Assembly (NCBI GenBank): GCA_024704765.1 | Contig: JAKMXF010000327.1 | Location: forward strand, 203,360 to 267,359 | Origin: Oopsacas minuta | Lineage: Eukaryota; Animalia; Porifera | Direction of reading: 5' to 3' | Length of the DNA stretch: 64,000 bases | Shown: one piece after another, positions 51,440 to 63,790 of the stretch | How positions within the stretch are numbered: position 1 is the first letter of the stretch | Layout of the letters: each line of letters starts with the position of its first letter | The notes under the pieces: generated by a model | Databases searched by the model: none | Seen by the model: only the letters and a program-made list of their open reading frames with translations | Told to the model about the DNA's origin: nothing | Made by a program: the position numbers and the translations under genes

Positions 51440-52006
51440 CAACCGCGGTCACTTCTGTTTGTAAGAGAATCTCCCTTCTTACAACGTAACCACCATCCAC
51501 GAACGGCCCGCACACTGACTCCAATATTATTTACCACCAGTCCGTGTCAACTTGACTTGCCTCTCACGCTTTTACGTCAAGGGATTAAACATGAGAGGCG
51601 AGTCAAGTTGACACGTGGCGTATTGCTGTAACATGACAACGCAAGGCCCCATGTAAGCTCCAAGACAATGGCTGCAATTGACGACTTAGGATTCGAATGC
51701 CTCCCTCATCCCCCGTATACTCCAGACCGGCACCCAGCGACTACTGGCTGTTTGGAGAGATGAAGAGACCCTTTCGAGGGAAGAGATTTGAGGATCCTAA
51801 CGGCTGGAGTACGAAATACAACAGTGGGAAAAAGCGACCCGTAAAGAATTCTATACCACTAGGGCTGGTAAAGTTACCAGAACAATGGAAACGAAGTATA
51901 GAGTTAAAGGGGGAATTTATCGAAACATTTGATAATCAAATATGATAAGTATAGGTGTACTATATAAATCATGAAAAAAGTCTCATTATGTATTGAACAA
52001 CCCTTG
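51440..52006 (+). mobile_element. mariner 3' fragment
   Basis: HDNARPH, HPPY..APSDYWLFGEMKRPFRGKRF, KLPEQWKRSIELKGEFIE; TIR-like end ATTGAACAACCCTTG near 52006. Confidence 0.75.
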
Positions 52007-52215
52007 ATATACCTTGTATCAATGATTCAATTACAAATTTGCTTTGCAATAAATTCAAATAGGCTATATGGATAGCAGAAAGCTTCGGAAAAGTATTTGT
52101 AATTGTACATAAGTACTTGTACTTGTACTTGAGCATCCAAGAAATATTTGTACTTAAGTAGTTGCAAAAGTAGTTGAACCCAACCCCGATGTTTGGTAGA
52201 AGTGTGAAATTTCCA

Positions 52216-53880
52216 CAATGATTCTTTGAATGTTCAAGACCATGTTAAGATCAGGATCCATCTTGAAGCTCGCGTGTATTGACCATGGTGGCTATTTTAA
52301 TTAGCCACATTTGGATACATTTTGAAGGTGTTAAAATGCATCTAATTCTTCCAGTTTGAATAAAACGAATTTTGGTGTTGATAAATCAGCAAAGGTTTGC
52401 GTCGTTTGAATGGTCATTCAAATACATTTGGGAATGTCCCTAGCAACGTAGGAAGGTGTTAACATTCCATTCTTAAAAATTGTCCTAACTCTATCGAGTG
52501 ACAACTTGTTCGACGCCGCTAGGCTAGCTGAGTCTAGTTATGTACATATCAACCCTTAACATGATCTTTAATTATGATTTCACTAGAACGACCTCCGCGG
52601 TCCATCCATTTTCTTCATATTTATGACATAATTAACATGATAACTTCATTTGTTCAGTTAAAAGGTTTTGAAAAACTAATTAATTTATCGTATGGTGTAG
52701 ATCTCGGTGAATGGCCCAAATATTTATGCAAAAAATGCAGAGAAAACATTAACTTGAATAGGTATCCATTACCCGCCAAAGATAAGGCCTGATCACTACT
52801 TTGACCAGGATAAAAGGAAGTGGATATATTTTGATGGGAAATCTTTAATCGCCAATAATGTGAAATTGGTACATTGTTACCCTAATAATTAACGTAATTG
52901 GCAAGTATCATTTAAAAAATCTTTCAATCATGAAAACCATGCATTGCGTTAATACTCAATCTATAAAAGTGTTGAAATACCAATTGATCTACAATCTTTT
53001 CTGAATAATTATATGTAATTGTCTGATAATGTTCCAACATTTCTGAGTTATCGCACAGACCATGGATTGCACGTATTTTGTTATCTCGTCTTTGAACTCG
53101 ATAATCGCGGAAATTATGGCCTAATCAGGAGAGCCATTTTATAGTATACACTCAATCTCCCATACCCTCGTGATATATTTTGATATAAGGAGAAGGGAAG
53201 TCAGCCGGATACTATCTATTGGCTATGCTGAATTGACCATAATTCTAATGATACTCGAGTTATCAGAAGATATTAACAAAATACGTGTAATCTATGATCT
53301 GTGTGATAACTCAGAAACGTTGGAACATTATCAGACAATTAAATATATTATTCAGAAAAGATTGTAGATCAATTGGTATTTCAACATTTTTAACATGATA
53401 AATAATTAACCATCTACATGGTTTTAAAGATTCAGCATTATTTAATACATATTTGGCAATCACGCTATCTATTCAAGCGAAAATGTACCAATTTCATATT
53501 ATTTGCGATTCAAGATCATTTAGAGGTTGATATGTAAAACTAGACTCAGCTAGCCTAGGGGCGTCTAACAAAGGGTCACTAGATAGGCCTACGACAATAT
53601 TTGAGATTGGAATGTTAACACAATCTTGCGTTGCTAGGGGAAAAATACCCTTAACATATTCTAATGACAACTCAAACAAAGCGAAATCTTTCACTGGTTA
53701 CGAATATCGACACCAAAATTCGTTTCGATTCAAACAGGATTTTATGAATTTTTGTTAAACACCTTCAAAATGTGCCCAAAGTGGCACATGAAATGGCCAA
53801 TATGCTCAGGCAATAAACTCGAACTTCATGATGGCTCCTGATCTTAAATGGTCTTGATCATTCATAAAATCATTGTTCAT
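52216..53880. repeat. Long degenerate inverted repeat (fold-back)
   Basis: 52216-52570 pairs with 53510-53880 and 52850-53100 pairs with 53260-53510 as reverse complements (e.g. CTAGGCTAGCTGAGTCTAGTT; GTTGAAATACCAATTGATCTACAATC). Confidence 0.85.
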
Positions 53881-54849
53881 GCTTGAACAAAAGATGTAAA
53901 ATCCTTCCAATATCTTGGGCTTATTCTGCTTCACTATAAGTGCAACGAATATCATTTTTAAATATACGGTTAAGATGAAAATAGGATAAGACGCAAAATT
54001 TGTCATATTATGAGTCCTCCTCGGTCCATGATTGGTCCGGTCCCGGTTCATTATCTCGTAACAATCTGCAACACTATATTCAATCCATCTACCATTATCA
54101 TTTTTTGTACACATATTAAGGCGATTATTTTAGGATAATATTTATGACTTGAATCTGAATTTAACCCGTGAATTGCGGAATATAAGGACTGGGAACTACA
54201 ACATTTTGGATAAGGGATAAGTAGAAGTGCATAGTAGATGAATAGAATTACATACTGCCTTACCCAAAATATTAAGAAATATATTGTAGCTATCCTCAAG
54301 TTTCACAATATGATGTAATGATTCTCATATTCCATGTCTAGAAATTATTTACAAGTCGCAAAGATATCATGTGATCGCATAATGGGCTAATAGGTTGGAA
54401 ACTGCTCCAACTTTGAAACACTACAAAATACTTAATACCTGTAATAGATTTTGGCTGATATCTCCTAAGATTATTGTCAATTTTCAAAAATGACTACATA
54501 TGGGATCGAGTCAAATTGACGAATTAAATAATCATGTATAATCAGGTAATCTTTACTCTCTATAGCCCTCTAATTTCCCTTGATCAAGCACAAACGGCAA
54601 TATTCCGGTTATTTCTGTTCTGAAATCAGATATCTTCGAGGGAAAAATCGCCGGAATTGCTTTGAGGGAACACTGGCGATAAACCAAAGTGATCTCCCGC
54701 TTATTCGAGTTGTGATTAAGCGGCTTCCACTGTAATAAATGTATTTTAGCGAAAATGCAAGTTATGTATCCATATAGGAAAGAATGATTGTTATTAATAG
54801 TGAATAGGGCTAATGGTTAGTAGACTCTGCAATAAATATACTTAAATAC

Positions 54850-55091
54850 CTCTGAAAATGTAGCTTCATATTATTCTTAAGAATAAGTCCAGCCAAAGAT
54901 CGACTAGGTTCATCAATCATGTGTAATTGAGTCAAAATATAGATCAAATACTTATTGAAATCTGGAAATTGATTCAAAGCTTCAAGTTTGCGATGGACGT
55001 CTTTATGTAGAACATTATTAGTACTTTGTGAATCTTTCAAAAGGGAAAGGATTTGTTCTAACCCAAGGGTGTCAGGTATCCAATCAGGCAT
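54850..55091 (-). CDS. TNPO1: Transportin-1/2 exon 1
   Basis: [64 protein letters not shown] matches human [24 protein letters not shown]..; donor AG|GTATTT at 54850/54849, phase 2; an alternative in-frame ATG lies at 55109. Confidence 0.93.
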
Positions 55092-55870
55092 GTCAATGGT
55101 TAGAGACATGGGCTAAAAAATCGAAACCAAATAATATCTGAACAAACTAAAGTCACAGGAGCTAAACGTCAATAAGGAATGAAAAGATTGTTCGTTAAAA
55201 ATATACTGTATTATAATAATTGACAAAATTTCGCAAAAAATTGAAAATGTGATCTACTTCATCTTGTGATAAGTCAATTAAAACTAGTGATCATTTGTTT
55301 ATACTGGATTTTTAGACCCTTTGGACACTTCAATATATATTTATCCCAAAACATCACTTTTGAACGATCTCGAAACTTTTCGAAAATTTTGAGGGGCGAT
55401 CACCTTAATAAGTATATAATATTCACATAAAAATATGAAGGGTACTTATTTCCCTTGTATACAGAGGAAGTGTCAATGGTTAACAAATATTTACCTGTCA
55501 CTTCATTTTATCATTGTACCATAGCCAACTATGCATAAGGCATAAAACTGATTAAGGATTTTGGAAAAAGGGTACTTGTGTCGACCGAAATAAAACTACA
55601 AGTAATATGATCGAAATTTATCATTATGGATGGTAGAGATTTTGGCACAAACAATAGCAATGCACACCTTGATGAAATGGGTTTTAATGCAAATGTAGTT
55701 ATTGTAGTGTAGTAGCACTTAGAAAAAATGAGGTTAGGTGAAAAGAACGCAACAATCGGTCAAGAATTGAGAAAGTTAAAGGAATTTTCATATATATTGA
55801 AGGAGCCAAAACCATACTAATTTTGGCATGACAGAATGCTTATACTATGTGTATACTATTTCGTTATGGC

Positions 55871-55949
<79 letters not shown>

Positions 55950-55966
55950 ATTATTATTATTATTAT
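55871..55966. repeat. Compound microsatellite (GAT)26(TAT)6
   Basis: Direct reading of 55871-55948 and 55949-55966. Confidence 0.97.
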
Positions 55967-56711
55967 GAGCTACAAGTATACCATAAATAAATAATTATAC
56001 TACTCTAACGGATTCACGTATGATAAATTTCTAAGTGATCAGTAGTATATAAGAAAGGTGTAATAAAATAGATGTAATAAAGACAACATCAGACTACAGA
56101 GTAATGCTTTCTAATTCCTGCAATTATGTTGTTAAATATGTTCTTTTTGTTCCTCATTCTCCAGCACGATTCTATGATGTTTGTTTCCAATAATAGATTG
56201 ACAGTCTCATAAATGTAGCCTCGTGTACCCAAAATAAGTAAGAAGCCCACTCATCAGGGCGAATAGTAGTCCCCAGAAGCACAAATTATTGGATAATTGG
56301 CAGTAAAGTTGCAGTACTGCTGTCTGGAACGGAAACCATCACAGCTTTATTGCATCAATCTCAACGATACCAAATATCCACTACCCAGTTAGGAGTCTGC
56401 CACGAATTTATAATATTCAAGACATTGTATATATAGTTTTGCAATTGGGTAGCAACGTACGTGGCTTGTGGAATGTATCACATTGCAGGTTATTGTGGCA
56501 AGAAGGTATTTAGGACAAATTAGTATTGTCAACACATTGCTTGCATGATCAATCGATTAGTTTAAAAAATTATAATCCATTGATGTATATTCATTACCAT
56601 GTACTTGCATTGTTAATTCAGTGTACAATGATGCAGAATTATTTACTCATGGTAGACTTGTAAGCATTCTATAATTCAAAAATTAGTATGGTTTTGGCTT
56701 CCTTCAATATA

Positions 56712-57124
56712 CAGTAGACTCCGCTTAATCGGATCACTTTGGTTCCAGAGCATTTTGACCCGATTAAGCGGAGAACCCAATTAACCGAAAATGTACAATA
56801 TAAAGATGGGTAAATGTATAAAATTATGGCAAAGGCATCCTTACAGTGGTAGTACTATGGTATAATCTAGTACAACTAGTATCGATATGTAAATTAGTTG
56901 GGGAAGAACACATCAAATGTAGTCTGCTTCTTGCTTGATAACACTCTATTGAAAACCTCCTCTACATAGAAAATTTGACCCAATTACACTAAGGTTTTGA
57001 CCTGATTAACCGAATTTTTGACCCGATTAACCGAAAATATTTTGTATTAGCTCTATGAGCATGACTTCGTTCCAAGAACAAGTGACCCAATTAAGCGGCT
57101 GACCCGATTAACCGGAGTCGACTG
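56712..57124. mobile_element. pogo/Tigger-like MITE (413 bp) nested in the Merlin right TIR
   Basis: 21-bp TIRs CAGT(A/C)GACTCCG(C/G)TTAATCGG, TA TSD, internal GACCC(G/A)ATTAA(C/G)CG repeats. Confidence 0.88.
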
Positions 57125-58683
57125 TAATGAAAATTAGGTAACTTTCTCAATTCTTGACCGATTGTTGCGTTCTTTCACCTAACTTCATTGTTTTCTAAGT
57201 ACTACCACACTGTTATAACCACATCTTCATTAAAACCCATTGCATCAAGGTGTGTATACTATAGTTGTACCTTTTAGGCACCTGCATTTCCCCGAACCGT
57301 CAAGTCAAGTACTGGAAATTAGTTAGCACTGAATTTAGGGCTTTTAGATTCCAGGGTACAACTATAGTAATGCACACCTTGATGAAATGGGTTTTAATGA
57401 AGATGTGATTAATACATGAAAATTAGTCACAATCGATTAGTATTAAAAACTTGTGTTTACTTTCCATATTTCTTCGCTCCTTAGAACAACAATATATATT
57501 TTTCGGATGTAATTCAGTGTGTTAAGTTTCAATGAACATATTCTGCAAGAGCCTGGTGATAATTCGCCCCTGTCTACAGATTCGGACAACTGCTTAACTA
57601 ATACATCGCCCTCATTCTCCCAGGGCCACTATCTTACCTATAAGTTCACTTCTATCTAAAACTACCTTTCTCAGTCACCCGTTAGCCCAGCTACCCCAGG
57701 GATATCAGGATCCTCTTTTTAAACTAATAATAGAATACACATATAAGTGTGGAATCAGCAGTGTCAAGGAGTGTATACAAATTCAGGGTTGTCAAGGAAT
57801 TCTTAACCATAGATCCCAACCAAGAACTCTCCATATGCAGGACCGTTTTTATGGTTTATTGCAAAATATAGACAAGTAAAGATAATAGTTTCTATGAAAA
57901 ACAAGAGCCTAACATAACATTGAGTGAATAATCTGCAGAATTTACTAAGATAAATGAAAATTTAACATTCCATAATACAAGGTATTGCTACAAATGCTTG
58001 TCAAACCAGGTTAAATTGGCTGGTCACTTCGGGTACAAGTCTTAATCCAAATATGATTTCATTGGGAAAAACACAATACACGAATTATAATAAGATTAGG
58101 AAATTATCAACGCAAACGATTTGGAATAATATGCCAACCATAATGGCCAAATTTGTATGAAAATTTCATAAATAAAGCTCAATTTGCTAAGAAGAATGTC
58201 GGGAAATTCAGCATGACGAACTCTCTGCATAGGCTGAAGCTCTACCACCGGGCTCCATCTTCTATACATGGATAGCGCAGTAGGGTCGAAAGCCATTTCC
58301 TTAAAATTATTGTGTCACAAAGGATTTCAGGATTAAAGAAATAGAAAACGAGAGTAAATACTCTCTATGGATTGAAACTAATAGCGAGAAAATCTAACAG
58401 AGGGTAACATACATCATCTGTAGGGATTGAGAGACTATTAGCTAGTAGAAATAGGAACAGAGCGGAACGTACATCATCAGCAGGAATTGTGTTAGTGGTA
58501 TTGGATTTGGGAAATTTGAGTACAGTTTATCGAGAAAATTAGAATTTTTCAAAAATATTGTTTTTTGTAAATATCTGAAAAATTATGTCCTCTTACATTA
58601 TTTTGAAAAACATTTCAAAAATCTCACATATTTACATATGCTGCTTCACCAACACCTTAAAATATTCACGAAAATATGCATAA

Positions 58684-60780
58684 CACTGGCCAACAACATT
58701 TCTTAATCAATGAGTTGAGACTATTTCTATGGTATATCGGGGTCATTGAGTTCGAAAATGGCACTAGTTCTGGTCAATTGGCTCTACTTTTCGTGATATT
58801 GTAAAATTATGTTTCTCAGCATCCGTGAATCTGTGTTCACTGATACCATACAGTATGTATGTACTACATTATAACTAGAATTGAACATACGTAATAAGCA
58901 GATAATTTGAGATATAATATGATCTGAATTCTTATCAATCATGAACGAATGTTCTCTTATACGAATTCCTCTTGTGAGGTTCTTGGGGGCAATCACGCAT
59001 AATGCTCCAGCAGTAATCTGCCAACATGTGAGCGTCCCATCTTCCTTGGTACCATTCCTCCATAGTCCTGATGTCTTGGTGGAATCGCTCGCCCTGTTCT
59101 TCGCTTAAATCACCAAGATTTCAGGGAATTTCTCTAAATGGCTATAGAGATAGTGAAGTTTTATGCTCATTCTGGTTCCCAGACTGTGGAAGTTCTTGAG
59201 CATGCCTTCGACTAGATTCTGGTAGTTAGCCACTTTGGTGTTGCCTAAGAATCCCTTTACAACATCGACAAAGGAATACCACGCGGCAGCCTCAACTCCA
59301 GTCATGTGTGAGGCGAATTCTTCATCTTTATCAGTTTTCTGATATGTGGCCCATCAAAAATTCCTGCCTTAAGTTTCTCGCTACTCAGACCACGATATAC
59401 TGAGCAGAGATAGTTGAAACAGGCACCATCTTTGTTCAATACCTTTACGAATTATTTCATCAGTCCCAACTTGATGTGTAGTGGTGGTAGGATGATACAG
59501 TCACGGCTAACTAGTTCCTCGTTAATGATATTCTTTTCCCCCACGGCAATCTTTTGACGAACTGGCCAGTTCTTCTTTTCTCAGTGCACCTCATCTGCTC
59601 TGCTGTCCCACAAACCAAGAAAGCATGGGTATTTAGTGTAACCACTTTGCTGTCCTAACAGGATATTGACCATTTTCAAGTCCACACACGCGATTCAGTT
59701 GTGTTGATCATAACACAGCTTTTGTAGGACCATCTTTACAGTTGCATAGTGCTCTTTCAAGATTACTGAATGGCCGATCGGAACACAAGCAAATTTGTTA
59801 CCATTATGCAGCAACACGCACTTTAGACTCCGTTTAGAGCTGTCGATAAATAAATGCCACTCATTGCGATTGTATTGGGGCAGTCCCATTGCTGAGAGAA
59901 GTCCTGGGATGTTACTACAAAATACGAAACCGCCTTCTTCACTGAAATAGCGAATAAGTTCTTCGTCTCTGCATCGGTAATAAGTTATCTTAGCCTCACT
60001 GTGGAGAACATGGTGTTCACTGAGACGGGAAGCCAGGATCTCTGAAGCATCTTTTGACAAGCCTAAGTCTCTCACTAAGTCATTGAGCTGCCCCTGTGTG
60101 AAAGGCTCCGCTTTACTTATCTGTAACAACCCATTATAACTATTGCTGCTGTAAGTGCTGTCTGAAGATTCGTCAATTACCTCAGTAAACGCAGTATCAG
60201 GTAAGGACGTAAAAACAGGCACTTGAATTTCGCTGCAGTGTGGAATTGGGCGTCTTGCAGAATGTATGTCAGGATAATGCCACGAATTCTTTTTCTGCCG
60301 GTTCCATCCAGACATTTTAACAATGCAGAAGTAGCAGTCATCGTGATGGTTCTTGGGCTCTCCCCAAATTTGCACACTCTGTGAGGGCTCCATGACTTAT
60401 CCTGATCGCCTAATTTAATACCAAAGTAAGCCTGATAAGCTATTTTGGTGACATCTCTAATATTAAATCGATGTTCCTTTGCCATATATTCACCACAAAT
60501 ATGGCAAAAGACATCAGGATCATTGAGGCAACAACGTCTAATGCGTTTTGAATCCATAAAAGGTATATGTTGTGAACAAATAGTTGTAAATGTTGATATA
60601 AACATACAAACCGAAAATATTTGTCATATTACCTTAAAATTTAAGGTTGTGTAATATCTAGAAAACTAGAGCCAATTCAGCAAAACTAATAGGATTTTCG
60701 GATACAGAAACCCCGATAAGCCCTAAAAACACTCCAACAATCTGGGCCAAGAGGTAGAAATATTTTTTTGTTGACCTGTG
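58684..60780 (-). mobile_element. Chapaev3-like (CMC) transposon, 2097 bp, degenerate transposase
   Basis: TIRs CACTGGCCAACA / TGTTGACCTGTG, TAA TSD; MDSKRIRRCCLNDPDVFCHICGEY, GDQDKSWSPH, WGEPKNHHDDCYFC, DSSKRSLKCVLLHNGN, PCFLGLWDSRA, PPLHIKLGLMK, SIKLHYLYSHL, GERFHQDI. Confidence 0.9.
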
Positions 60781-62157
60781 TAATTAGTGTTTTCTCTAAT
60801 TTTTCCAAATTTTTGAGATCTATTCATAATGAGATTACATACTTCATTATCACATCGTAAAAATTATCTAGTGTCCAAAATATATATATAATTTGTCGTT
60901 CCATACCTTTTTGTCATTCTACGTCACTATCTCACATATTTCACACCTTTTTTTCTTTCTGGAATGTTGAACAACTCGAGACCGCAGTTGAAGCTAGTCT
61001 CTTAATCACGTAGACAAATATCTATCACTTTCGTGCAATACAAAAGCCAAAAAAGCGCGAATACATTAGCAATATGGTAAATCTGATTCCGAAAATAGTA
61101 TAGGCCCCCGACTCAGGGTCAATTCATATTTGAATATTCATAATTTTCAATGGAAACGTTTAGGTGCACACTCAAAGGTTGAATGAATACAATGTATCGA
61201 AATTCAAGCACAAAACACTTGCCCTTGCACTGATAATATCGTTTATATTGTATCAATCATAGAAATCGTCTTTCTCAATATATCATTTACTAAACCATGG
61301 AAATTTTGGCCATGAAAATTTCCACGATTTCTTCCAAGGGGTTTGGAATAATTTTGCTTGATCTCAATAACTAGAATTCAAGATTATTTCTCCATAAATT
61401 TGGCAAATAAATAGGAAAATTATACTAATATTCAAGAATTCGGACGAAGAAATCGAAATGTGCATGAAAAAACAATAAACCTAGCCTAAATTCTCAAAAG
61501 TTGCCTAAATAAAAGGATGTACACATTAGTACAATATACAGCGAGAAGCTATAATTGTGTTCTATAGACAACTGATGTAATATCTTAATTGCTTATATCA
61601 TCGATGGGATTAATAGCATAGACAGGCTTGTTCGCAGATAAGGAATGTTATAGATTGATACACATAACCATTAAGAATTTGCAATCTAATTGAGTCTTAT
61701 CCCATAGTCCAACACCGTTAGGTATGGATAATAGAATACTGGGAGCATAATCCCAGTAGGAGGGTGTAAACAGTATAGGATGGTCTTGATTAATTCAATT
61801 AAATTAATTCAATTCAATTAATACACAACCGCTAGACTATGGAAAAAAATTGGCACGTTTCTGAGTTACAGTTGAGACAATGATGCTTTATCAATAATGA
61901 ATATAAAACTCGATAATCATTGAAAATTATGGTAAAATCGGCATAGCCTATATATTACAACCCAACTTCCCATAAGGGCCATGCCATAATGATACATTTA
62001 GTTTACTGAGCTAACTAATACTATTACATAGTATAGTGGCTCAGTTCAAAAATGGTATAAGTGCAAATATAAGTAAGAAGGGCACTCGAAAAAGTTCTGT
62101 CGTTTGTTATCAAATCTCAAATATTTTCTAGTAAGCTTATTCTACATCTATTTAGAT

Positions 62158-62613
62158 CAGGGGTGGGCAAACTTCTTTCTGCGAGGGCCGCATTCTAATT
62201 CTAAATATTTATGCGGGCCGTATTAGGCTACGACTACGTTCCATGTTATAATTTTTATAGAAACTCTATTAGCTAATTGTAATATAAACAATAATTACGA
62301 TATACATAATAATTTACTATTATTGATTAACTAGAGCAATGCAGCTGATTCTTGAAATTTTCGAAGCCGTACCAAGATACAGTACTAGTAATACAAACTA
62401 AAAACGAATTCATTAATAGGTCAGGAAGATATTGCGGAAAGTTCACTTTATGTCAATTTATGCATCTATATCACTTAATCAAATTTTCTATGGGACCAAA
62501 TTTCCGAATGCGTAAGGAAGGGTAAGACAGTGATCAATTAATTTGAGTACTCAAATAAATTAAGCCAGGCGGGCGGTTCAAAAACGCAAGCGGACGTAGT
62601 TTGCCCATCCTTG
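62158..62613. mobile_element. hAT MITE (456 bp)
   Basis: TIRs CAGGGGTGGGCAAACT / AGTTTGCCCATCCTTG; flanks ATTTAGAT and CTTTAGAT (7/8). Confidence 0.82.
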
Positions 62614-62770
62614 CTTTAGATGTATATTATTTAGCTACACAACAAATTTCATTTGTTTATCTTTTGTACTTTTCGCATTGCTGATTTCTAAAAGCTTTGG
62701 CTTGTATGATTCCCCAACCAGAATTTGACCTCACGAGACACGATTTTAGAGCGATGGTTTAGTGATTAGC

Positions 62771-62840
62771 GGACATTTCGTTCCCTGGACATTTCGTTCC
62801 GGACATTTCGTTCCCTTGACATATCGTTCCTGGACATTTC
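62771..62840. repeat. Tandem repeat of a 14-16-bp unit GGACATTTCGTTCC(CT), ~4.5 copies
   Basis: Direct reading; no unique spacers; lies ~260 bp upstream of the MULE remnant. Confidence 0.85.
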
Positions 62841-63099
62841 TTGAAGGAAGATTTTTCCTTTTCAAATTGTAGGGTTGATTTCATAACATTGGAATTAGAT
62901 TTCAATAAACAGTTATTACTATTACGCCTAGCCTATTGTTGGCAGGTTATTGTTCTTTTCGGAACAAATTAATTTTGTTCTAAGGTATCAAATTGCGTAA
63001 ATTGATTGCATTGTATAAATAGAACATAGCACATGGAATTTTATATGCACTACAATTCCCATGGCCACTTTAAATGTTGTGATTGAAATTCTGGAATCA

Positions 63100-63790
63100 G
63101 TTAGAGGCAAAGCAAAGGCTTAGATAGATGGTTCTTTGTATACTATAACTAAGTCTTGTTATCCATACTTACATTGGCTCTGTGAAAAACGTGCAACCAG
63201 TAAAGCCCGTATTTCTACCAAAAGGGAGTTGTGATAAAACCTGAGAGCAGATCTGATATCTACTCATCTCACACCCATGGACCAAATCCTGTGCGAGGTG
63301 AGATGATTAAAGGCATCACTCAAATGAAAGAGCGCGCATTGAATTCTGAAACCAGCACGAAGTCCATACTTGCTGGTGGATTAGGATCAATGAATGAGTC
63401 AACTATAGCATCACCACCAAAATTTGATTCAATATAACGGACAATCCGTCGACCAGATCCAGCAGTGAGAATTTTGATAACTCTGCTACGGCTACAGAAA
63501 TTATAATCCCTGAAAAATATAAATTAAACTCAAAAGGATAGCAGTTCTTACTATATGATTCAGGTATACATGAGACCAACAGACTGCTAGTATTTGGTAC
63601 TCATCGAATGCTCAACCTTTCACGGGACACAAGTAATTGGTATGCAGATGGTACATTCAAAGTTGTTCCCATTCAATTGTTTCCAGTTATACACAATTCA
63701 TTGCGAGAAAGATGGATACATCATTCCATGCATATATGCACTGATGTTAAACAAGCTTCAATCTACATACGATAAACTACTAGGGCGTTC
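63100..63790 (+). pseudogene. MULE transposase remnant with FLYWCH-like N-terminus
   Basis: RGKAK..IDGSLY..(Y)WLCEKR; CSTFH (DGTF-like); QLYTIH..IIPCIYALMLNKLQSTYDKLL. Confidence 0.65.

Larger units (their letters stand above)
55644..57271 (-). mobile_element. Merlin (IS1595-like) element with long TIRs, internally deleted
   Basis: ~190-bp inverted arms (55644-55830 vs 56678-57271, the latter split by a MITE), GG termini; internal WIFGIVE..VMVSVPDSSTATLLPIIQ..GTTIRPDEWASY and TNIIESCW (~56155-56390); a third TIR copy at 57355-57408; TSD not recognisable. Confidence 0.75.

Noticed and set aside
55092-55109. MSLTID N-terminal extension of TNPO1
   Set aside because: Alignment to human MEYEWKPD favours the ATG at 55091; the upstream ATG cannot be excluded without transcript data.
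55871-55948. Poly-Asp or poly-Met coding tract
   Set aside because: Not within any ORF of 60 aa or more and lies inside a Merlin remnant; a simple microsatellite.
56155-56390. Bacterial IS1595 contamination or prokaryotic contig
   Set aside because: It is embedded among eukaryotic elements beside a spliced gene; long TIRs fit eukaryotic Merlin.
62771-62840. CRISPR-like array
   Set aside because: The 14-16-bp units are directly tandem with no unique spacers, there are no cas genes, and the context is eukaryotic; more likely a transposon subterminal repeat.
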